DNA of 64,000 bases from an uncultured virus (IMG/VR IMGVR_UViG_3300044858_002168). Its lineage: Duplodnaviria; Heunggongvirae; Uroviricota; Caudoviricetes. Every line of letters starts with the position of its first letter. Position 1 is the stretch's first letter. Below the pieces are notes generated by a model. It was not told where the DNA came from. It did not search any database and worked only from the letters and a program-made list of their open reading frames with translations. The position numbers and the translations under genes were made by a program. Where the stretch lies: positions 1 through 64,000 of the IMG/VR virus record IMGVR_UViG_3300044858_002168; one strand, given 5' to 3'. Positions 57,758 through 64,000 of this stretch are shown here, one piece after another.

Positions 57758-58260
57758 CTTTTAAAACGGTCATCATTGTTGTATCGGTCCTTGTACTTGC
57801 TGTAGTAAATCAGGAAAATTACATTGCAGCCAGCGTGGGCTAGGTGGCTCAGTCCACTTTCAGGGTCCAAGTCCTCACCACGACTCCAGGCGAATAAATG
57901 GCGGAACAGTGAGCTTAACACTCGGGTATAACGGAAACCATCTCCTTGGGTCCAGTTGTGGGCAGCGTACTTACGAGCACCAAACTCCAATACCTTGTTG
58001 ATTTCTTCTACCGCCTCAAACGGCATCAAACTCCAGTCCGTTTTACCACTGTCATATTTAACTGCAGTGGCCTCAGTTTTAGGGTCTGGAGTTGGGTCCA
58101 CAGTAACCTTAGATAAAACAGGCGGACTGTCCTGTACTGTGACTGTGATGTTAACAGGCGGACTGTCCTGTACTGTGACTGTGATGTTGTCATCACCAGG
58201 GGTTGGAAATGGATGGTCAAAGTCTTTCCAGAACTGTTGTAGGTCTGATCGAGAATTCAT
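57754..58260 (-). CDS. dATP/dGTP diphosphohydrolase N-terminal (DUF5664-like) protein
   Basis: KYDSGK, GARKYAAHNW, RHL...DPESGLSHLAHA; duplicated NITVTVQDSPPV. Confidence 0.8.
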   Translation of the reverse strand: MNSRSDLQQFWKDFDHPFPTPGDDNITVTVQDSPPVNITVTVQDSPPVLSKVTVDPTPDPKTEATAVKYDSGKTDWSLMPFEAVEEINKVLEFGARKYAAHNWTQGDGFRYTRVLSSLFRHLFAWSRGEDLDPESGLSHLAHAGCNVIFLIYYSKYKDRYNNDDRFKR

Positions 58261-58525
58261 AGATGGTTGAGTTAGGTTGATAGTTGGGGGCCCGGGATCG
58301 CACCGGGCACACAGATGGCCATCTGTGTTGCAGATCTTACCCTCTGGCTCGGTAATAACTTCACGTTATTCAAAACAGCACTTGGCATACAGATCCGTAC
58401 TGTTGGGTAGAGCTACTGCACTGGTTTCAAGCAGTTTGTATAGTTCTGCTTTCATGAGATACAGCTTATGGACAGTTTAGTTTTTTCATGGCTTTCGCTC
58501 GTGCAGGGTAAACGTCAAAACCCCG

Positions 58526-58705
58526 TTAATTATCCAGTGGCCAAGGTTTAAAGAGGGCCGGCTCTTTGCGAGATAGTTTATCCACTACTGGCATTTCCAA
58601 CACAGGTTTGGCGCCACCAACCAGTTTGTAGTATTTGTGGTATACTGGCAGCAACTTACTGCACAAGTTTTCAAGGTCTTTAACGTACTGGTTGTCGTTG
58701 TTCAT
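58526..58705 (-). CDS. Hypothetical protein
   Basis: GAGG RBS; promoter TTGCGC-17-TATAAT at 58728-58756. Confidence 0.6.
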   Translation of the reverse strand: MNNDNQYVKDLENLCSKLLPVYHKYYKLVGGAKPVLEMPVVDKLSRKEPALFKPWPLDN

Positions 58706-58793
58706 GGTGGTATCCTCGCTATTTCGTATTATAGCACTATACCTGGACCCGCGCAAATCAAAAATTCTTTTGCTCATAGATTAAATTTAGATA

Positions 58794-58834
58794 AAACAAA
58801 AGCCACCGTGCCTTTAACAGCAGGGTGGCTTTTG
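58794..58834 (-). terminator. Intrinsic terminator closing the ncRNA block
   Basis: CAAAAGCCACC...GGTGGCTTTTG-TTTT. Confidence 0.8.
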
Positions 58835-59760
58835 AACCGATCGAGTTTTTGTTGCCTGTAGAAATTCAGACTGGGGTAACCCCCAGTATTCTACGAGTAC
58901 GTATTCGGCTTGTTGGCCAGGCGTTACAGGGATTTTCCAACCTCCCACTACAGTGTTCTAGTTTACGCTAGCTGTACGGATTTAAGTGTTTGTTTACCCG
59001 GTTGACTCCGGGGAAAGTTAGTTTACGGCAACTTCAGTCTATCACGTATGGACTCTGGGTCCCATATACCCACTGGTTTCGGTACCAACACACTAGTCGT
59101 AAAACTATGGTGGTTGGGTTTCGAAGTACCGACTAGATTTGATTAAACCGTTTACAAGTACAGGCTGTAACTGACCTCAGGCACGGATTTTTCTGTCCAG
59201 GCTAAAGCCCCGCCCTTCCCGGTCAATCCGGAGGCCGATATGTTTTTTGACAGACACCACTCTCTCACTCTGACAGGCTGATTACTGTCCCTGGCGTGGA
59301 TTTAGATGACAGCCGTTGTGTACATAAATGCAGTGACTTCGGGCAAGTCTGACGCTACCACACATGATGCGTGTGTATCACAGTTAGTTGGTCGGTTCGG
59401 TATTTGATTTCCAATCCTTATACCTTGGCGGAGTATTGATAAACTATTAGAGTCGCCCCTCTTTAGTTTATTCGCTAGTGGGATTCCAGACCCACATTAC
59501 AGGATATATCCTGCTCTTGTTGTTCAGGTTGTGTGTTCCTGAGTTAGAAGATAGCTGTATTTTACAGACTTCTTTGTCTGCGAGTTTAACGTCACCTCAC
59601 CGTGGACGCGAGCATTTAAGGCAGTCTCGAAGCCGCAAATGTTTACCGTAGCCTGAAAGAAGCTGGTGTGGGTGTCATATTAACCGCCTTGCGAGCGGCC
59701 CTCACCATCGAAGGCTTAGGGAGTAAACCTGTCTGCCGAAACCTCAACAGTATAATCTAC
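58835..59760 (-). ncRNA. Candidate large structured ncRNA (GOLLD/ROOL-like size and context)
   Basis: No credible ORF; multiple GNRA-type hairpins and long-range complementarity on the minus strand. Confidence 0.6.
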
Positions 59761-59763
59761 GAA

Positions 59764-59967
59764 TTAAACACTTTAGGATTTGGAGAAACGAACGTGCTGC
59801 TTTGCTCAGAGAACTTTTCCAATTATTCCGTTCGACAACGCATAGAAACTCAAATATGCCTATTCGGTTTCTAGGATCTAGTTGGGCAGTGGGCATAGAC
59901 TCTTATCGCGTCTAGCGTGATCTTTGTCCTAGGCATTAGGACCTTTCTCCAAATTCTAAAGAGTTTG
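59764..59967 (-). ncRNA. Long-stem-enclosed RNA cassette
   Basis: ctttaggatttggagaaa / tttctccaaattctaaag inverted repeat. Confidence 0.5.
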
Positions 59968-60073
59968 TAGAGGGCTGTGGCTCGGTGACGTAGCTTGTCC
60001 ACAATTAAGTCGTATCACGTAGCAGTAATATATCGCTGTGACCGCTGACACCCTTTTCTCAACAATAAAATCT

Positions 60074-60102
60074 ATTATACACTAACGGGTAGTTACCATC
60101 AA
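60074..60102 (-). promoter_or_regulatory. Sigma70-type promoter driving ncRNA block
   Basis: TTGATG-17-TATAAT. Confidence 0.75.
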
Positions 60103-60117
60103 GTGTAAATTTTTATA

Positions 60118-60223
60118 CCATATTGAAACACACTGCTGGATCCTGACTACCGTTTACAACTATTAAGTCTACTGCCGTATTCCTAGTCTAGTGTAAAACT
60201 CGCCACAATGCGTTTCAATATGG
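60118..60223 (-). ncRNA. Stem-enclosed small RNA cassette
   Basis: ccatattgaaacacactg / caatgcgtttcaatatgg. Confidence 0.7.
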
Positions 60224-60394
60224 CAACAAGCCGATCTCCGCTATTATAGATCACATTCGTCCCCATATTACGCCGGCAGGGATAGCGGTAAGTAGTTACA
60301 GTTGATACGTGCTGGTAGCCAATTTATCCGACTCGAACGGACAGCTTACTAATGACATGCCTGTCACTGCTTTCTCAACATCTACACTTGTTTA

Positions 60395-60457
60395 CCATAT
60401 TGAAACACACTATGCCACGCTCTGAACCTGGGCTCTTAGTAATATGCTTCAATATGG
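60395..60457 (-). ncRNA. Stem-enclosed small RNA cassette
   Basis: ccatattgaaacacacta / taatatgcttcaatatgg. Confidence 0.7.
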
Positions 60458-60495
60458 CGACCCATTGTGGGGTGGACTTCGAAACCACCATTTCG

Positions 60496-60568
60496 CTGCG
60501 TTTTGACCACTAAACTAACGTTCCTTGGAAGGACCGTACGGGATTCGAACCCATGTCTCCTGCGTTTT
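60496..60568 (-). ncRNA. Permuted tRNA-like element (T arm, acceptor hairpin, D arm)
   Basis: A 3' half ending TCCA precedes a 5' half; no anticodon arm. Confidence 0.65.
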
Positions 60569-60635
60569 CCCTTAAAACTACCACGGGTCATCGGAGTCAT
60601 GACTTCCGACTATGTTAAAAGTTAATTACTCTTTT

Positions 60636-60758
60636 ACCATAGTTTAACACACTGCACTATCTAGATGGATCAGTAGCTGTATTCCGGAATTATCTACTAT
60701 CCCCACCCTACGCTCCCGTGGACCTTTGGGAATGGCTTGCAATGTATTAAACTATGGT
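60636..60758 (-). ncRNA. Stem-enclosed small RNA cassette
   Basis: accatagtttaacacactgca / tgcaatgtattaaactatggt. Confidence 0.7.
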
Positions 60759-60821
60759 TTGTCTCACACAATAAATATATTATTGCACAAACAACAAAAT
60801 GTTTCAAGACAATAATCTTTA

Positions 60822-60958
60822 ACCATATTTCAGCACACTGATTAGGGAATCGAACCCTTTACGACTGCGCTTTTGTATCACCATGACATAGTATTACCTA
60901 TTGTGGCAGGATTCGAACCTGCTTCTACGTTGACCACGTCAGTGTGCTGAAATATGGT
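60822..60958 (-). ncRNA. Stem-enclosed cassette with two T-arm motifs
   Basis: 20-bp perfect inverted repeat; GCAGG-TTCGAAT-CCTGC and AGGG-TTCGATT-CCCT. Confidence 0.7.
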
Positions 60959-61035
60959 CCCGTCGCGTCACTGAACGGGTACGGTTTCCATGGCCGTGAA
61001 AGGATAACTCCACCATGTACACACCAAAACGCACT

Positions 61036-61160
61036 TACCATATTTTAACACACTGTCGTTTCGCGTTCACTTCTAGAATCACCAGATTACGAATTTCTGG
61101 AACTTCACAGCTTACAAGGCTGGTCGTCAAACTACTGGGGCAGTGTGCTAAAATATGGTA
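61036..61160 (-). ncRNA. Stem-enclosed small RNA cassette
   Basis: taccatattttaacacactg / cagtgtgctaaaatatggta, starting at the tRNA-Glu CCA. Confidence 0.7.
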
Positions 61161-61230
61161 CTCAGTACGGGAGTCGAACCCGTCTTTCCGGCGTGAAAGG
61201 CCAGCGTCCTAACCAATAGACGAACCGAGC
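61156..61230 (-). tRNA. tRNA-Glu(TTC)
   Basis: Loop CTTTCAC, CCA. Confidence 0.93.
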
Positions 61231-61375
61231 ATGTTACTGGTTACGTGTCCAGTGTACCAGCGCCAGGTACCGCGACAGCCGCTCATTGAGGGATAACACC
61301 GTGCTGGCTAGGCACTAGCGGATATTTGACGCATATCTACGGTCAACGCTGAGGCGGTTGACATACCTACGAGTC

Positions 61376-61490
61376 GGGTCTTTCTTCTCACATTGTGATG
61401 CTACCAAGCAGTTTCCGGACTAAAACGTTGGGCGTAAGCTAAGGGTCGTTCCTCTCACATTAAGATGCTATCGGGCACAATGCCAGACCT
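61376..61490 (-). repeat. Two imperfect ~47-nt direct repeats (tandem RNA motif)
   Basis: gggtc..tctcacatt..gatgcta...gca...gac at 61376 and 61443. Confidence 0.7.
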
Positions 61491-61509
61491 ATATCACCCA
61501 ACAAACTCT

Positions 61510-61538
61510 ATTATACAGGGTTGACAATCGCTTTTCAA
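61510..61538 (-). promoter_or_regulatory. Sigma70-type promoter
   Basis: TTGAAA-17-TATAAT. Confidence 0.75.
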
Positions 61539-61798
61539 GACAACAATTATCAACCCTGTACAACAGGGAATCGAAACAGACCTTGGATAGGTAACGACTC
61601 CTATCTGTATCTAGCTTTCATGGCTGCCACTCACATACTGCCCTTTCCACGTCTAGCTCAGAGAGCTACTCGCGCTGATATTCAGAGAAAATCAGCTCTA
61701 TTGCCACATGGATAGTGCCTATGACTGTTGGGGCTTACCACTACCGATATTTTTGTCGCACAAGGATCGCCAAGGGTCTCCTCATCAACAGAAACATT

Positions 61799-61827
61799 AT
61801 TATGACACAAAAGGCAACAGACTTCAA
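61799..61827 (-). promoter_or_regulatory. Sigma70-type promoter
   Basis: TTGAAG-17-CATAAT. Confidence 0.65.
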
Positions 61828-61851
61828 ATGAAAATTTCTGTTGCCTTGACC

Positions 61852-62154
61852 TCAGAACCGGGCTGCGATCAACACCAGTTGGTCGCGGCTGCACTTGGAG
61901 AGGCTGTCCAACACACCGGCCTCAAAGCCCATGCCCGCCTCGATACGAGCCACCAGGTCCTCCTTGGTCAGCCGGCTGGAAGCAGTCTTGGTCTTGGCCA
62001 CGTACACGCCCTCGCGGCTCAGCTTGGCAACCACTGATCGAACAGTACGGCTCAGTTCGCGGGCAATCATTTCCACAGGCATACCTGCGGTGTACCGAGC
62101 CACCAGGTCTTGGGTTTGTTCAGGGGTGTAGTTCACATTCTTTGCTTCAGACAT
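61852..62154 (-). CDS. HTH DNA-binding protein, T5 A2/D3-like
   Basis: YTPEQT...RSVVAKLSREGVYVAK...TKEDLV; AGGAG RBS; promoter at 62184-62212. Confidence 0.7.
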   Translation of the reverse strand: MSEAKNVNYTPEQTQDLVARYTAGMPVEMIARELSRTVRSVVAKLSREGVYVAKTKTASSRLTKEDLVARIEAGMGFEAGVLDSLSKCSRDQLVLIAARF

Positions 62155-62195
62155 TGCTTTCTCCTTTGTCGATCAATAAAACTATTTTAGAGAGT

Positions 62196-62399
62196 TTAGG
62201 TTTTCTGTTCAAACTCAAATTTTTCAAACTGTTCTGGCCAACAGATCTTGAAGTGCTCAACCAGGCTGTTCATTGACCAACGATAGAAATCATTTTCTAG
62301 TCGGTCGCCAACAAAGTCCATCATGTCGGCCTTGCTCATCTCGGCAATAGTAAGGTTGACCATCTTCTGAATCATGTTGTGTAGGTCTGTATCGGTCAT
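62196..62399 (-). CDS. Hypothetical protein
   Basis: AAGGA RBS; promoter at 62431-62459. Confidence 0.65.
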   Translation of the reverse strand: MTDTDLHNMIQKMVNLTIAEMSKADMMDFVGDRLENDFYRWSMNSLVEHFKICWPEQFEKFEFEQKT

Positions 62400-62579
62400 T
62401 TTTTGAATCCTTTGGCTATCGAATAAATCTATTATCTCTCAAAACAGACCACACTTCAAACTCAAAATCTTTGATGTACTGTGACAGCCAAGACCTTTTT
62501 AGACACCAACGACAACACAATTTCAGTAGCCGTTGGTATCGGTAGAAGCCGGTGGTTACCCTTTCCATCGAATAAATCT

Positions 62580-62697
62580 ATTATGGCACAGTGACTTTAA
62601 GTCTTCAAGAAAATATTTTTGGATTTGAACGCAAGGCACGTTGGCGCTGCGGCCACGAAATTTTTGGCTTGATCACCACCTGCTTTTGGTTTATAAT
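62580..62697. promoter_or_regulatory. Back-to-back divergent promoters
   Basis: Minus: TTGAAG-17-CATAAT (62580-62608). Plus: TTGATC-17-TATAAT (62669-62697). Confidence 0.7.
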
Positions 62698-62721
62698 AGT
62701 GTTCTCTAACGGAGAAATACC

Positions 62722-62910
62722 ATGAATATTCTAGAAGAACTCACTGGCCCGCAAAAAATCTTTAAAGTGCAAGAAGACGGCTCAGAGACTGTAGAGTACA
62801 GGCCGCCCAATGCAGTTATGCTCCGAGCGGCTAGTATAATCAAACAGATGGATCAATCAATTAAAGTGTTGCAGCTTGAGTTACACAACATTCGTGGAGG
62901 CGTACAATGA
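62722..62910 (+). CDS. Hypothetical protein
   Basis: GGAG RBS. Confidence 0.7.
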   Translation: MNILEELTGPQKIFKVQEDGSETVEYRPPNAVMLRAASIIKQMDQSIKVLQLELHNIRGGVQ

Positions 62911-63095
62911 CTTGGAACTTTGACAAAACTCAACTGGAAAACCTCAAATTTGCAGTAGACAACCTGGGTGTCAAAGAAGCTTTTTGTTTGGTCAACCAAC
63001 TGGACAATATTTCTAGTGTTCCTGTAGATGACTTGGTCGACTTCCAACACCAATTATTTCAACAGTATAAACAACAGTACGGATGCGGCTATTAA
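62907..63095 (+). CDS. Hypothetical protein
   Basis: GGAGG RBS, ATGA coupling. Confidence 0.7.
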   Translation: MTWNFDKTQLENLKFAVDNLGVKEAFCLVNQLDNISSVPVDDLVDFQHQLFQQYKQQYGCGY

Positions 63096-63340
63096 TGGAT
63101 AAGACTAAATTATATCAAAAAGCTATGGAACTGGCTCGTCAAGCAGACTTCCAGTTCTGGGAGGGTGAGACTTGGGCTCCTGAACTTCAGGCCATCGACT
63201 GGAGCTGTGACTATGATGACCAGGTTGTAGAACTGGTCAGGTTGACTGTTAAAACCTGTGCAAACCTAGCTGACAACACCAACAGCAGATTACTAATTTT
63301 AGAAAGCTTTGGCTTGGCTCAAAAATATACAGTTGATTGA
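63095..63340 (+). CDS. Hypothetical protein
   Basis: TAATG coupling; IDWSCDYD motif. Confidence 0.65.
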   Translation: MDKTKLYQKAMELARQADFQFWEGETWAPELQAIDWSCDYDDQVVELVRLTVKTCANLADNTNSRLLILESFGLAQKYTVD

Positions 63341-63370
63341 AGTTCCCAAATGATCTATAATAGTTACACT

Positions 63371-63595
63371 ATGACACACTACTGCATCAACTGTTCAGAT
63401 GACGTCAACCCCAACCGCTGGGCCATTGGTTTCAAAACCTGTTTGGCCTGCGGCGAGGCACTGGCCCGTACAATACGCCACACCATTGTGCCCATGCACA
63501 AGTCAAACTATGTTCCGGTCTTTAACCACAGTGATCTAGTAGGCATTAACTCTAAGGGTGGCATTGTCCACAATCGCTATGATTCAAAATCTTGA
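63371..63595 (+). CDS. Zinc-finger protein (TraR/DksA-like C4 pattern)
   Basis: CINC...R...G..TCLAC; promoter TTGATT-17-TATAAT at 63333-63361. Confidence 0.55.
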   Translation: MTHYCINCSDDVNPNRWAIGFKTCLACGEALARTIRHTIVPMHKSNYVPVFNHSDLVGINSKGGIVHNRYDSKS

Positions 63596-63983
63596 CTATC
63601 ACCTAACCCAGACCTTTCCTCAAATCTTTGTCCGCACACCCGGAACCAACCACCAAGACAAAGCCGACCAGCAATACTGGGGTTTTGAGTGTGACAGCGG
63701 CTGGTATCAGCTGATCTATGACCTGTGCAGTGAGATCATGACACACTGTGAAACCACAGGCGACCGAGTTCCTACAGCTGAACAAGTCAAGGAGAAATTT
63801 GGTGGAATGAGGTTTTATGTAGACCGGGCTAGTGAAGCGGTATACAATATCATTGACCGCTATGAAAGTCGTAGCTACAAGGTATGCGAAACTTGTGGTG
63901 AACCTGGACACCGCAGATTGGATTTGAGCTGGATACACACACTGTGCGATCACCACTACGAAATCAAGAGGGGACTGAAGTGA
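63579..63983 (+). CDS. Conserved phage protein (QVKEKFGG family)
   Basis: GW...QVKEKFGGMRFY...CETCG...TLC. Confidence 0.75.
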   Translation: MIQNLDYHLTQTFPQIFVRTPGTNHQDKADQQYWGFECDSGWYQLIYDLCSEIMTHCETTGDRVPTAEQVKEKFGGMRFYVDRASEAVYNIIDRYESRSYKVCETCGEPGHRRLDLSWIHTLCDHHYEIKRGLK

Positions 63984-64000
63984 AATTTTTTAAGCGACAT

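Noticed and set aside
57754..58260. Z-base (2-aminoadenine) genome system
   Set aside because: No PurZ or associated genes are visible in the window; this domain alone is common in phages.
60167..60192. gtctactgccgtat resembling a type I-F CRISPR repeat (possible RNA anti-CRISPR)
   Set aside because: It is on the non-transcribed strand and lacks the GGCAG arm of the repeat hairpin.
60118..61160. Repeated CCATATT..CACACT motifs as a CRISPR array or MITEs
   Set aside because: They are inverted-repeat pairs with irregular spacing and unrelated interiors; no cas gene, transposase or target-site duplications.

Overview
The window is part of a T5-like (Demerecviridae-type) lytic phage genome. UvsE, ThyX, a class II RNR and LamG-rich tail proteins suggest an aquatic phage of a proteobacterium (inference). 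Layout: (1) 1-25.0 kb, + strand: late/structural genes (5'-truncated giant acidic repeat protein, multi-LamG adhesin, repeat-rich fibre proteins), holin, lysozyme and phoH. (2) 25.0-44.3 kb, - strand: T5-order replication module (nrdJ, dUTPase, D15, D14, D13/D12, D11, D10, family-A polymerase, primase, helicase, D5, split NAD ligase, D2, D3). (3) 44.4-61.8 kb, - strand: an RNA-gene-rich region. It holds 26 tRNA or tRNA-like genes covering all 20 amino acids, a circularly permuted two-piece tmRNA (tag ANDSVYALAA), several aberrant tRNAs, about 10 small-RNA cassettes closed by related long terminal stems, and a ~3 kb nearly ORF-free block with a candidate large structured ncRNA. (4) >62.6 kb: divergent small + strand genes. 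The strongest candidate for an undescribed system is the RNA repertoire: conserved stems with variable RNA cargo, tRNA mimics, the permuted tmRNA, and ORFs whose stop codons lie inside tRNA 5' ends. All calls come from reading the sequence by eye; no database searches or folding programs were run.
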